Origin: an uncultured Verrucomicrobiota bacterium
GTDB lineage: Bacteria > Verrucomicrobiota > Verrucomicrobiia > Limisphaerales > SXQI01
Direction: 5' to 3'
DNA: 64,000 bases
Assembly (NCBI GenBank): GCA_964566945.1
Contig: CAZMKE010000003.1
Location: 209,224-273,223, forward strand
This document shows, piece by piece, positions 10,041-20,034 of this stretch. The translations under genes were made by a program, and so were the position numbers. How positions within the stretch are numbered: position 1 is the first letter of the stretch; each line of letters opens with the position of its first letter. The notes beneath the pieces were generated by a model. It had not been told where the DNA came from. It worked only from the letters and a program-made list of their open reading frames with translations, and did no database searches.

Positions 10041-13000
10041 ATGTCGAACGCGTTTTTTGAACGGCCTATACTTAACGCGCCGTACGACTATCCGCGTCGG
10101 CATTGGGAGTTGGACGAGCAGGGGCAGCCGACTCAGCAAATCGTCGAGCGCCGGCGTGGGGCGAAGTTTCTCACTCCCATTCCGCGCCCGCGGAAACGAA
10201 AGAGTTCGCAGCAGGAGGAGATTCTTTTCCGAGACGACGAAGGCATTTCTACCCAAGCCCAGCAATATGCCGATATCGCGCACATCAACGAGCTGCGCCA
10301 ATACGTAGACGCCTGGCGCGAACTGCCAAACCCTAACCAGTGGCAGGTCACTCCCGAAACCGCCCGGCTCCTCCAGCACTGGCGCACTCATAATTACACC
10401 GGTGTCCGCCCGTTCTTCTGCCAGGTGGAAGCGGTCGAGACCGCCATCTGGCTCACCGAGGTTGCTCCACAATCGCCGAAACTCGGGAAGCGGTTTCTCG
10501 AATACCTGGCGAACGCGAACAATGACGCGAACCCGCAGCTTTCCCGCCTGGCCTTGAAGCTCGCCACGGGCGCGGGCAAAACCACCGTCATGGCCATGCT
10601 CATTGCGTGGCAGACCATCAACGCCGTTCGCCGCCCCAACAGCAAGAACTTCACCCGCGGCTTCCTGATCGTTGCGCCTGGTCTGACCATCAAAGATCGC
10701 CTTCGCGTCCTGCAGCCGAACGATCCCGACAGCTATTACGCCGCGCGGGAACTCGTGCCGAGCGACCTGCGGGAGGAAATTCAGAAAGCGAAGATCATCA
10801 TTACCAATTATCATGCCTTCAAGCTCCGGGAACGCGTGGAACTTTCCGCGGGCGGGCGCGCTCTGCTCCGCGGCCGGACCGGCGGCGAGCTGAACACCAC
10901 CGAGACCGAAGGGCAGATGATCCAGCGCGTCATGCCCGACCTCATGGGCCTGAAGAACATCATGGTCCTGAATGACGAGGCCCACCACTGCTATCGCGAG
11001 AAGCCCGCTGGCGAGGAGGATGAGGAACTCAGGGGCGAGGATCGCAAAGAAGCCGAAAAGAATAACGAAGCGGCCCGCCTCTGGATCTCCGGCCTGGAAG
11101 CCGTCAACCGCAAGCTCGGGCTCAGCCGTGTCATCGACCTCTCCGCCACGCCCTTCTTCCTGCGCGGCTCCGGCTATGCCGAGGGCACCCTATTTCCCTG
11201 GACCATGAGCGACTTCTCGCTGATGGACGCCATTGAATGCGGCATCGTGAAGCTCCCGCGCGTCCCCGTCGCCGAGAACATTCCCGGCGACGAACTGCCC
11301 ATGTTCCGTAATCTCTGGGAAAACATCCGCAAGCAAATGCCCAAAAAGGGCCGCGGCAAAGCCGAGGAACTCGACCCGCTCACAATACCGCCGCGTTTGC
11401 AGACCGCGCTGCAAGCGCTCTACGGGCATTACGAGAAGACCTTCAAGCTCTGGGAGGCTGAAGGCCTCAAAGTCCCGCCTTGCTTCATCATCGTTTGCAA
11501 TAACACTTCCACCTCCAAGCTCGTCTACGATTATATTTCAGGCTTCCATCGCAAGAACGAGGACGGCACCAGCACGCTCGTCCCCGGTCGCTTGGCCCTC
11601 TTCCGCAACTACGATGAGCAGACCGGTAATCCTTTCCCGCGTCCGAACACTCTGCTGATCGACAGCGAGCAACTCGAGGCCGGCGACGCTCTCGACTCGA
11701 ATTTCCGCGAAATGGCCAGCGACGAGATCGACCGTTTCCGGCGCGAGATCACCGAACGCACCGGGGACCAACGCCGGGCTGAGAGCATCACCGACCAGGA
11801 ACTCCTCCGCGAAGTGATGAACACCGTAGGGAAGGTGGGACAGCTCGGCGCCGGAATTCGCTGCGTCGTCTCCGTATCCATGCTCACGGAAGGTTGGGAT
11901 GCGAACACCGTCACTCACGTCCTCGGCGTTCGCGCCTTCGGCACTCAACTCCTGTGCGAGCAGGTCATTGGGCGCGCGCTCCGCCGCCAGTCTTACGATC
12001 TCAACGAGGAAGGCCGTTTCAACGTCGAATACGCCGACATCTTCGGCATTCCGTTCGATTTCACCGCCAAGCCGGTCATAGCCCCGCCGCAACCGCCGCG
12101 CGAAACCATCCAGGTGAAAGCCATCCATCCCGAACGCGATCCTCTCGAAATCCGCTTCCCGCGCGTGGAAGGTTACCGCGTGGAATTGCCCGAAGAGCGA
12201 CTGACGGCGAAGTTCAACGAAGATTCGATCCTGGAACTCACGCCCGACCTTGTCGGCCCGTCAAAAACTCATAACCAAGGTATTATCGGCAAGGGGGAGG
12301 ATATGAACCTTGAGCACCTCGAGGATACCCGCCCCTCCACCCTCATTTTTCATGTCACCAAGCGCCTACTCGAAACGAAATGGCGCGATCCCGGCGAACC
12401 GCCCAAGCTTTACCTGTTTGGCCAGCTCAAGCGCATTGTGAAAGAGTGGCTCGACCACTGCCTTATCTGCCGCGGCGACACCTATCCGGCCTTGCTCATT
12501 TACCAGGAACTGTCGGACATGGCCTGCGAACGAATCACCGCCGGAATCACCCGCAAATTCGAAGGCGAACGCCCCATCAAAGCGCTCCTCGATCCCTATA
12601 ACCCTACCGGCTCCACCAGACACGTCCGTTTCAACACCTCCCGCGCGAGTCGTTGGGAGACCCGAGCCGACCGGTCTCACGTCAATTGGGTGGTGCTCGA
12701 TAGCGACTGGGAAGCCGAGTTCTGCCGCGTTGCCGAATCGCACCCCAAAGTTCGCGCCTACGTCAAGAATCACAACCTCGGGCTGGAGGTCCCATACCGC
12801 TACGGCTCCGAAACCCGCAAATATCTCCCCGACTTCATTGTGCTGGTCGACGACGGCCGTGGGGAGAACGACCTGCTCCACCTCATTGTCGAGATCAAAG
12901 GCTACCGCCGCGAAGACGCGAAAGAAAAAAAGGCGGCCATCGAGACCTACTGGATCCCCGGAGTGAACAACCTTAAGCAATATGGCCGCTGGGCGTTCGC

Positions 13001-13094
13001 GGAATTCCGGGACATCTACGAAATCGAATCCGATTTCAAAGCCAAGGTGGAAGCCCAATTCAACCAAATGATCGCGAAAACCATAGAGAAATAG
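10041..13094 (+). CDS. Type III-like restriction enzyme Res subunit (SF2 DEAH helicase with a C-terminal PD-ExK nuclease)
   Basis: Walker A LATGAGKTTVMAML, DEAH box VLNDEAHHCY, helicase motif VI-like region QVIGRALRR, and a C-terminal nuclease motif YLPDFIVLV...LIVEIKGYR. The N-terminus MSNAFFERPILNAPYDYP is typical of this Res family. The ORF opens at a TTG at 9966; the ATG at 10041 is preferred. Confidence 0.9.
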   Translation: MSNAFFERPILNAPYDYPRRHWELDEQGQPTQQIVERRRGAKFLTPIPRPRKRKSSQQEEILFRDDEGISTQAQQYADIAHINELRQYVDAWRELPNPNQWQVTPETARLLQHWRTHNYTGVRPFFCQVEAVETAIWLTEVAPQSPKLGKRFLEYLANANNDANPQLSRLALKLATGAGKTTVMAMLIAWQTINAVRRPNSKNFTRGFLIVAPGLTIKDRLRVLQPNDPDSYYAARELVPSDLREEIQKAKIIITNYHAFKLRERVELSAGGRALLRGRTGGELNTTETEGQMIQRVMPDLMGLKNIMVLNDEAHHCYREKPAGEEDEELRGEDRKEAEKNNEAARLWISGLEAVNRKLGLSRVIDLSATPFFLRGSGYAEGTLFPWTMSDFSLMDAIECGIVKLPRVPVAENIPGDELPMFRNLWENIRKQMPKKGRGKAEELDPLTIPPRLQTALQALYGHYEKTFKLWEAEGLKVPPCFIIVCNNTSTSKLVYDYISGFHRKNEDGTSTLVPGRLALFRNYDEQTGNPFPRPNTLLIDSEQLEAGDALDSNFREMASDEIDRFRREITERTGDQRRAESITDQELLREVMNTVGKVGQLGAGIRCVVSVSMLTEGWDANTVTHVLGVRAFGTQLLCEQVIGRALRRQSYDLNEEGRFNVEYADIFGIPFDFTAKPVIAPPQPPRETIQVKAIHPERDPLEIRFPRVEGYRVELPEERLTAKFNEDSILELTPDLVGPSKTHNQGIIGKGEDMNLEHLEDTRPSTLIFHVTKRLLETKWRDPGEPPKLYLFGQLKRIVKEWLDHCLICRGDTYPALLIYQELSDMACERITAGITRKFEGERPIKALLDPYNPTGSTRHVRFNTSRASRWETRADRSHVNWVVLDSDWEAEFCRVAESHPKVRAYVKNHNLGLEVPYRYGSETRKYLPDFIVLVDDGRGENDLLHLIVEIKGYRREDAKEKKAAIETYWIPGVNNLKQYGRWAFAEFRDIYEIESDFKAKVEAQFNQMIAKTIEK

Positions 13095-13273
13095 CGAATA
13101 GCGAATTGAGAATGATCAAAAACTTGGGATCACAACTCACGATGAGTTCGGGACGTGCTTGGGACGTGCAGCACCCGATCGCAAAAAGGCGTGCTGCTGC
13201 TCCTCTGAACCGTTCCGCGTTCCCTCCCTTGCCTAATTCCCCATTCGCCGTTCAAAATTCTTAATTCCCCAAG

Positions 13274-13795
13274 ATGCCTCTCCCCGTCAAAACGGACAAC
13301 ATCGCTTCCCTGGTCCTCCTGATCCGAAGCGAGAAGGTGCTGCTCAGCCAGGATCTGGCTGCTCTTTACGGCGTTTCGGTGAGCGCGCTCAACCAGGCCG
13401 TCAAACGGAACCGGGAGCGTTTTCCGGAGGATTTCCTCTTTCAGCTGACCCAGGAGGAGGCCGAGGCCGCCCGTCGTTCAAGATCACAGATTGTGACCTT
13501 GAAACGCGGTGAAAACATCAAGTATCTCCCCTACGCGTTCACGGAACAGGGCGTGGCGATGCTCTCCAGCGTCCTGCGTTCTCCGCGCGCCGTCGAAGTG
13601 AATATCGCCATCATGCGCACCTTCGTGCAGCTTCGCCGTCTCATGGATTCCAACCGCGACCTAGCCAAAAAGATCGAATCGTTGGAAACGAAATATGACG
13701 AGCAGTTCGCCGCCGTCTTCGAAGCGATCAAACTCCTGGTTTCCGAGGACGAGGCCCGCAAAGCCCAACCCGAACGCAGGATCGGCTTCAAATGA
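13274..13795 (+). CDS. ORF6N (KilA-N-related) DNA-binding domain protein
   Basis: IRSEKVLLSQDLAALYGVSVSALNQAVKRNRERFPEDFLFQLTQEE...LPYAFTEQGVAMLSSVLRS is the ORF6N signature, followed by a C-terminal coiled coil. Confidence 0.85.
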   Translation: MPLPVKTDNIASLVLLIRSEKVLLSQDLAALYGVSVSALNQAVKRNRERFPEDFLFQLTQEEAEAARRSRSQIVTLKRGENIKYLPYAFTEQGVAMLSSVLRSPRAVEVNIAIMRTFVQLRRLMDSNRDLAKKIESLETKYDEQFAAVFEAIKLLVSEDEARKAQPERRIGFK

Positions 13796-14098
13796 ATAGG
13801 GAATTGAGAATGACGAGTAGTGAATTAATAGGTCGGCGGCAACGCGCGTCCGACGGTCGACTCGATTTGCCGGAACGAACTTTCGCTTTCGGCTGCAGCG
13901 CCCTTAATTTGTGTCGCTTTCCCGACAAGTCCGCCGGCGGCCGGCCAGAGCCGCGCCGATGTTCTCAGCAAAATTTCGATCGCCCGCAAAGAAGCCCGCG
14001 AAACTCATTACTGGCTCCGCCTCCAAGCTAGTTCGGGACAAAGACCACCCAACTCACAATTCTTTATTCTTAATTCACTATTCCCAATTTTCCTCTAG
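13792..14098 (+). pseudogene. Decayed four-helix-bundle (23S rRNA intervening-sequence type) protein gene
   Basis: Frame 1 gives PERTFAFGCSALNLCRFPDKSAGG. A +1-shifted frame gives QSRADVLSKISIARKEARETHYWLRL, the hallmark C-terminal helix of this family. The central ~25 aa are missing and the two halves are out of frame. Confidence 0.6.
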
Positions 14099-14102
14099 CG
14101 CC

Positions 14103-17100
14103 ATGGCTAAAAAACGCACATCCTCGCAAAAGACCATCGCCACCCTCACCCACGACGAGGCCAAGCGAAAGAACATCCCCACCGCCGAGTACCAAAGCGT
14201 CATCCAAAAAGACCAGGAAGCCCCGAAAGAAGTGCGCTATCCCCACAACGCCACCGGCCTCGAGGAAGAAAAGAAAACGCGCAACCGCGACCTCGATCCG
14301 CAGCTCGTCTGGCGGGGCAAAGACGAAAAAGATGGGTCTGACCTCGTCGTCCACGCTCCACCCCTCTACATCCAGGAAAAGGTCCACCCCAAAGTCCTGA
14401 TCGATGATCTTCTCGCTCAAACCACCAGCCACAAGTCACAAGCTAACCACCAGTTCGACCTGTTCTCCGATTTCAACGGCATCCCCAAGGGTGCCGACAA
14501 AACTGAGTTCTACCAGCACGACCAAAACTGGAGCAACCGCATGATTCTCGGGGATTCGCTCCAGGTCATGGCCAGTCTGGCCGAACGCGAAGGCCTCCGC
14601 GGCAAAGTCCAGTGCATCTATTTCGACCCGCCTTACGGAATTAAATTCAATAGCAACTTTCAGTGGAGCACCAGCAGCCGTGACGTGAAAGATGGCAGCG
14701 CTGAACACATAACACGAGAGCCGGAACAAGTGAAGGCCTTTCGCGACACTTGGCGAGATGGAATTCACAGTTACCTAACTTATCTTCGTGATCGTCTAAC
14801 ATTGGGCCGGGATCTCTTAAGCGAGTCAGGCTCCATCTTCGTGCAAATTGGCGATGAAAATGTCCATCGGTTGAGATCCTTGTTAGATGAGGTGTTCGGG
14901 GAGGAGAACTTCATTACGGAGATCGTGGTGAAAAAGAAGGGAAATCAAAAATCATCGCTCATGGATCCAGTGAACGACTTCATTCTCTGGTACTCAAAGT
15001 CGAAACGCTCGGAGGGCCATGTAAAGTTTCATATGCTTTACGAGGAGAGGTTGATTGATGGCGAGACTGTCGACGAGTTTTCCCGAATCGAGCTCTCAAA
15101 CGGCCGGATAGTTAACCTGAAGCAAGTCACGGATGACAGAGGCGAAAAGCTAGATTTTCGCGCGTATCCCCGGCGAATTGAACAAGAATATCCCGATGGT
15201 CGGCTTTTTCGACCGTGGCCGATCACCAATGGAGGCGAACGTGCTCAGCAGATGGATCCGGTTTATTTGGAGGGAGAGCCGACCTTCCCGCCAAAGGGGC
15301 GGTGCTGGAGCCATACATCAAAGGCACCTGCCCACGGGATGAGCGGTATGATGCGCAATCTCGTCTCCGGAAGGTTGGTCCGTTCAAAAACGAGTTTGGA
15401 CTTTAAGCGGTATCTCGAAGATTTTCCATTTAAAAGCATTTCGAATTGGTGGGATGGATTCGGCGGTGCCTCGGAACAAATTTACGTGGTTCAAACAAAC
15501 GAACGCATTGTCGAGCGTTGTATTCTTATGGCCACCGATCCGGGCGATCTCGTGCTCGATCCAACCTGCGGGTCTGGAACAACCGCCTATGTAGCAGAAC
15601 AATGGGCCCGGCGTTGGATCACTATTGATACGTCGCGCGTCGCGCTAGCGCTTGCTAGGGCTCGGGTAATGGCTGCGCGTTACCCGTTCTACCTGCTAGC
15701 GGATTCGCGAGAAGGTCAAGCCAAAGAAGCTGAACTCTCCCGTCGGCCGCAGAGCTCTCAGCCCGTTCACAATAACATCCGACAGGGGTTTGTTAATCGG
15801 CGTTGCGCCTATATTACCTCGGGCAGCATTGCCAACAACGCCGAGATCGATGTCATCTGGGACAAGTGGCAGAAGACCCTCGAACCTTTGCGCGAGAAAC
15901 TCAACGCGGCTCTGAAAAGGAACTGGCAGGAATGGGAAATCCCGCGCGAACTCCCATCTGACAGCTGCGACGGATCCGTCCGACTTCTTCACGAGCAGTG
16001 GTGGACCGCCCGCATCGCGCGCCAAAAGGAAATGGATGCCTCGATCGCCGCCAAGGCGGAATTCGAATACCTCTACGACAAGCCGTACGAAGACAAAAAG
16101 AAGGTTCGCGTCGCCGGCCCCTTCACCGTGGAAAGCCTTTCGCCTCACCGCATCCTCGGCGTCGACGAAAACGACGAACTGATTGATCCCATGCGCGAGA
16201 AAAGCCCCGATTACGGCGCGAAGCAGACCTTCCCGCAAATGATCCTGGAGAACCTCAAAACCGCCGGCGTCCAACAAGCCCACAAAGCCGGCAAAATTAC
16301 GTTTACCTCGCTCACCCCCTGGGCCGGCGCGCTCATCTGCGGCGAGGGCCGCTACCTGGAAGGCGACACCGAAAAGCGCGCCGCGATCTTCATCGGCCCG
16401 GAATTCGGCACCGTCCAGCGCGCCGACCTTGTCGAAGCTGCGCGCGAAGCCGGCGACGCCCAGTTCGATGTGCTCATCGCTTGCGCCTTCAACTACGAGG
16501 CTCACACCACCGAATTCAACAAGCTGGGCCGTCTCCCCGTCCTCAAAGCCCGCATGAACGCCGACCTCCACATGTCCGAGGACTTAAAGAATACTGGCAA
16601 AGGCAACCTCTTCGTCATATTCGGCGAACCGGATGTCAAAGTTTTTGAAGGAGGCACTTCTGGTCTGAGTGAAGAAATGGTTCGGCGAGAAAAGCGAATT
16701 TTAGAATTTAGCAAAAAGGAACAGGAGCTAAAAGGGGCAACGGATCCAAAGGAAAAGGAGCGGATTATTGCGCAAATCCGTGAACGAGAGCGTTACAAGC
16801 TCTTTATTCCGCGGGCTCAAGCTCTCGAGAAAGATCGCTTCATTGTCGAGATCTGGGGTGTAGACGTTTTCGACCCAAGCACGGGCGAAGTCCGCAGCGA
16901 CGGCCCGGACGGCATCGCCTGTTGGTTCATCGACACCGACTACAACCAGGAAAGCTTCTTCGTCCGCCACGCCTACTTCCTGGGCGCCAACGACCCCTAT
17001 AGCGCACTGAAAACGACATTGAAAGCCGAAATCGACCCCGAAGCCTGGGCCACACTCCACAGCGACACCTCGCGCCCGTTCGAAAAACCAAAATCTGGCC

Positions 17101-17162
17101 GCATTGCAGTTAAAGTGATAAACCACCTTGGCGACGAGGTTATGAAGGTTTTCAAAGTCTAG
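14103..17162 (+). CDS. Site-specific DNA methyltransferase (Type III Mod-like, beta-class N6A/N4C)
   Basis: Motif IV CIYFDPPYGIKFNSNF lies upstream of motif I VLDPTCGSGTTAYVAEQ (beta permutation). The ATG at 14103 (MAKKRTSSQ) is preferred over the ORF-track start at 13911, which runs through the pseudogene. Confidence 0.9.
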   Translation: MAKKRTSSQKTIATLTHDEAKRKNIPTAEYQSVIQKDQEAPKEVRYPHNATGLEEEKKTRNRDLDPQLVWRGKDEKDGSDLVVHAPPLYIQEKVHPKVLIDDLLAQTTSHKSQANHQFDLFSDFNGIPKGADKTEFYQHDQNWSNRMILGDSLQVMASLAEREGLRGKVQCIYFDPPYGIKFNSNFQWSTSSRDVKDGSAEHITREPEQVKAFRDTWRDGIHSYLTYLRDRLTLGRDLLSESGSIFVQIGDENVHRLRSLLDEVFGEENFITEIVVKKKGNQKSSLMDPVNDFILWYSKSKRSEGHVKFHMLYEERLIDGETVDEFSRIELSNGRIVNLKQVTDDRGEKLDFRAYPRRIEQEYPDGRLFRPWPITNGGERAQQMDPVYLEGEPTFPPKGRCWSHTSKAPAHGMSGMMRNLVSGRLVRSKTSLDFKRYLEDFPFKSISNWWDGFGGASEQIYVVQTNERIVERCILMATDPGDLVLDPTCGSGTTAYVAEQWARRWITIDTSRVALALARARVMAARYPFYLLADSREGQAKEAELSRRPQSSQPVHNNIRQGFVNRRCAYITSGSIANNAEIDVIWDKWQKTLEPLREKLNAALKRNWQEWEIPRELPSDSCDGSVRLLHEQWWTARIARQKEMDASIAAKAEFEYLYDKPYEDKKKVRVAGPFTVESLSPHRILGVDENDELIDPMREKSPDYGAKQTFPQMILENLKTAGVQQAHKAGKITFTSLTPWAGALICGEGRYLEGDTEKRAAIFIGPEFGTVQRADLVEAAREAGDAQFDVLIACAFNYEAHTTEFNKLGRLPVLKARMNADLHMSEDLKNTGKGNLFVIFGEPDVKVFEGGTSGLSEEMVRREKRILEFSKKEQELKGATDPKEKERIIAQIRERERYKLFIPRAQALEKDRFIVEIWGVDVFDPSTGEVRSDGPDGIACWFIDTDYNQESFFVRHAYFLGANDPYSALKTTLKAEIDPEAWATLHSDTSRPFEKPKSGRIAVKVINHLGDEVMKVFKV

Positions 17163-17174
17163 AGTTCTACGGCA

Positions 17175-19916
17175 ATGAAGGAGAAGCCCAAATTTGTCTG
17201 CCAGCGCGCCGAATATCTGAACAAGGACGACTTTATCAAGTGCCTGCGCCGCTTGCGGCAGTCCGGCGGACCAAAGCAGAAAGCGGCCGAGAAGGTAACC
17301 CAGATAATCGGAAACGTGGAACTCGGTACACAGGAGCTGTTTAAGCTCACCAATCACGGTGAAACCCGAATAGAGCATTGCGTCAAATATGACCTTCCGG
17401 GCGGGTGCCGGCTTGTTACAGTTCAGAACGAAAACGTAGTCTGGTTTCTATTCGTCGGCGACCACGAAGAAGCGGATCGCTGGATCGAGTCTCACAAGGG
17501 TTTGCAGTTTGCAGCTTGCAAAGAAGACAAACGAATTCGACAGACTCGCGTCGGGGTGCCGCAGATATTGTCTCCCGAACTGCAGCAAGCAGGCGTAATT
17601 ACCGACGAAAATAAGCCCTTCCTCACGCGCTTTGCGTTTCCCGAGTTCGAGAGTCTAATTCCCCAGGCCAAACTTCGGCGAGATCTTTTGGCGATCAAGG
17701 AAGAAACCGACGCCGACACGATTTTGGAAACAGTGGAGTTAATTGGTGATAAACTCATTCGGGAGTTGGTCTTCGATTTACTTGCGGCGTCAAAGGACGG
17801 CCACTATGACGAAGCAGAAATGCGTCTCAAGCTTTATCGAGATGAAGCCGAAAACGTAATCGAAAACCCTGAATTACTAAATGTCGCTTTGGAGTCCGGC
17901 GAAAACAGCGATTCGATTCTTAGCTTTAACGACCTCTCTCCTAATGAACTTAGTCGACTGCTGGACAGTGCTCGATTTGAGGATTGGATGGTCTTCCTGC
18001 ATCCAGAACAGAGGCGAATTGTCGATGCTGATTTTGAAATGCCTGCGGTCTTGAAGGGGGTTTCGGGCAGTGGGAAGACAGTCGTCCTGATTCACCGGGC
18101 ACGGCGTTTGGCGGAGAAGTATCCAAGGGAAAACGTCGCGATTCTTACGCTCAATCGCACGCTCGCGAATCTGCTTAAAAATCTCGTTTCGAGGTTATGC
18201 AACGGAAAAGTCCCGGAAAATTTAATGGTTGACGCGTATTACGACTATTTTCAGAAGGTATTGCGGCATTTCGGGGCCGAGGAATACTTGCAGGCTTTCG
18301 TTAATCATCTCACGCCAAATCACCCGATGGGAGCGACTTTCAAGCAGGCGTTTAATTACCATAAGGATCTGGCCAATGAGTTCTCCCAGCGCAGTAAAGA
18401 GAGTTTGGAAGATACGTGGCGGGAATATTGGAAGGACGAATTGGCGAAGGATGAGGCGGCAGCCAATCAAAAACGGATGCTGATAGAGGCGATCCGAGGG
18501 GAGTTCGATGAGGAGAGCTACATTCGGGATGAATTTACGCTCGTGCGGAGCGCATTCCCGGCGGGCGAGCGCAGCAGTCAAAACGGTCCCAGTTACTATA
18601 ACTACGGACGCAAAGGGCGCTGCATCAATTTCCCGGAAAAGGCGAGGCGGAGCGTGATTCGGCTGCTGATGCGTTACGAAGAATACATGCTCGCGGGCGC
18701 CATGCTGGATGAGATGGGGTTAGCACAGGCGCTGTTCCCATCGATTAGGCGGTTTCCCGAATTGCCGCCGGAGCTGCGGCGCCGGTGTCTGCTGGTGGAT
18801 GAGTTCCAAGATTTCTCCACACTTGAACTGCGGCTTTTGAAGCAGATACCCACGTCTCAAGAGAATGGCCTGTTTCTTACGGGGGACACCGTGCAAAAGG
18901 TGCTGGTGAAGGACTTTAATCTGGGCAACGCCGCTCTTGACCGTCACTACGTCCGCACTCGCACGATCCGGAAGAATTATCGGAATAGCAGGCAGATTCT
19001 CCAAGCGGCGGATGCGTTAATTCAGAAATACGGTGAGATGGCGGCAAAAACGGACGATTCGATAGAGCGCCTTCAACCCGAGCTGGCCGTACGCGAAACG
19101 GCCCGGCCCGTGGCGCTAAAAGCAAACCACGCCATTGAGGCCGCCTGGCAGACGGCGTATAACTGGGTGGTGGAAGGCCAAAATCCTCCCTGGTCTGTTT
19201 GTCTGGTCGCAGCAAATGCGAATCTGATCCCGATCGATAGGATATTAGCGAAAAGGCATCCCAGTCTGCAAGCGAATGAACTTTCCGGAGATTATATCAA
19301 TCGTAAAGACACGATTAGTGTCGGCGCGTTGAGCGATGTGAAAGGACTGGAGTTCAGCCTGATCATCATCATCGGCTGCTCCACGGATATTTTACCGAGT
19401 CCGCAAATTCCGGTCGGCGAGCAGTGGCGCGATGCGATGCGTCTGTATGTCGCGATGACGCGCGGAAGAGACCAAGTCGTCATGACATATCAGGGCGAAC
19501 CTTCGGAATTCCTTACCACGATGAGGGATTTCCTGGTTTGGGATGAAGTGGAGGTCTCAGAGGTGACGCCACCGAATCCGGCGAAGCCCACCGCTCCCGC
19601 ACTGCCACCCCCTCGGATTACGCTTCCAAAGCCGCAAAAGGCTGTTCGGGGCACGACCTTCGAAGTTTCCGCGAGCATCGATGTGATCCTGAGAGGTTAC
19701 TTCGAACGCCGCATTTACCGGGGCAACTCCCGACTGATCGGCAAGATGTCTGGGGGGAAGTTTCGGGAAGCCTATTTGCGTTGGCGCCGGCCAGAAAATC
19801 TCAACGGCATCCGAGTATCTGAGCTGTTTGGGAATCGGGAATTCCGGCGTGACCTCGCTGAGGAAGTGGACCGAATAATCAAGCCGTTCGGCGCTCGGCT
19901 GAACTGGGACAAATGA
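17175..19916 (+). CDS. UvrD-like SF1 helicase with an N-terminal RelE/ParE-like domain and an uncharacterised C-terminal extension (paralog 1)
   Basis: FLHPEQR, then Walker A GVSGSGKTVV, LVDEFQDFS, NYRNSRQI, KGLEFSLIIIIG and LYVAMTRGRDQVV. N-terminal HGETRIEHCVKYDLPGGCRLVTVQNENVVWFLFVGDHEEADRW resembles the toxin-fold beta-sheet. Starts 12 nt after the mod stop. Confidence 0.8.
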   Translation: MKEKPKFVCQRAEYLNKDDFIKCLRRLRQSGGPKQKAAEKVTQIIGNVELGTQELFKLTNHGETRIEHCVKYDLPGGCRLVTVQNENVVWFLFVGDHEEADRWIESHKGLQFAACKEDKRIRQTRVGVPQILSPELQQAGVITDENKPFLTRFAFPEFESLIPQAKLRRDLLAIKEETDADTILETVELIGDKLIRELVFDLLAASKDGHYDEAEMRLKLYRDEAENVIENPELLNVALESGENSDSILSFNDLSPNELSRLLDSARFEDWMVFLHPEQRRIVDADFEMPAVLKGVSGSGKTVVLIHRARRLAEKYPRENVAILTLNRTLANLLKNLVSRLCNGKVPENLMVDAYYDYFQKVLRHFGAEEYLQAFVNHLTPNHPMGATFKQAFNYHKDLANEFSQRSKESLEDTWREYWKDELAKDEAAANQKRMLIEAIRGEFDEESYIRDEFTLVRSAFPAGERSSQNGPSYYNYGRKGRCINFPEKARRSVIRLLMRYEEYMLAGAMLDEMGLAQALFPSIRRFPELPPELRRRCLLVDEFQDFSTLELRLLKQIPTSQENGLFLTGDTVQKVLVKDFNLGNAALDRHYVRTRTIRKNYRNSRQILQAADALIQKYGEMAAKTDDSIERLQPELAVRETARPVALKANHAIEAAWQTAYNWVVEGQNPPWSVCLVAANANLIPIDRILAKRHPSLQANELSGDYINRKDTISVGALSDVKGLEFSLIIIIGCSTDILPSPQIPVGEQWRDAMRLYVAMTRGRDQVVMTYQGEPSEFLTTMRDFLVWDEVEVSEVTPPNPAKPTAPALPPPRITLPKPQKAVRGTTFEVSASIDVILRGYFERRIYRGNSRLIGKMSGGKFREAYLRWRRPENLNGIRVSELFGNREFRRDLAEEVDRIIKPFGARLNWDK

Positions 19917-20034
19917 ATTGTTTGGAGTTTAACACAGCAGCCTTGAATATGCCCGGTGCGGAAAGAGCTTTAGTCTGTGTTGAGGCGGACCGGATACATG
20001 GGCGGTTTGCCGGCCGCTGCTTGGGCCGTAACCC

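Noticed and set aside
13792-14031. 79-aa ORF treated as an intact gene
   Set aside because: Only its first part resembles the four-helix-bundle family. The conserved C-terminal helix is in another frame, so it is called a pseudogene.
13911-14102. ORF-track start for the methyltransferase (1083-aa version)
   Set aside because: The extra 64 aa are read through the decayed four-helix-bundle gene in a different frame. The ATG at 14103 gives the typical MAKKR... start.
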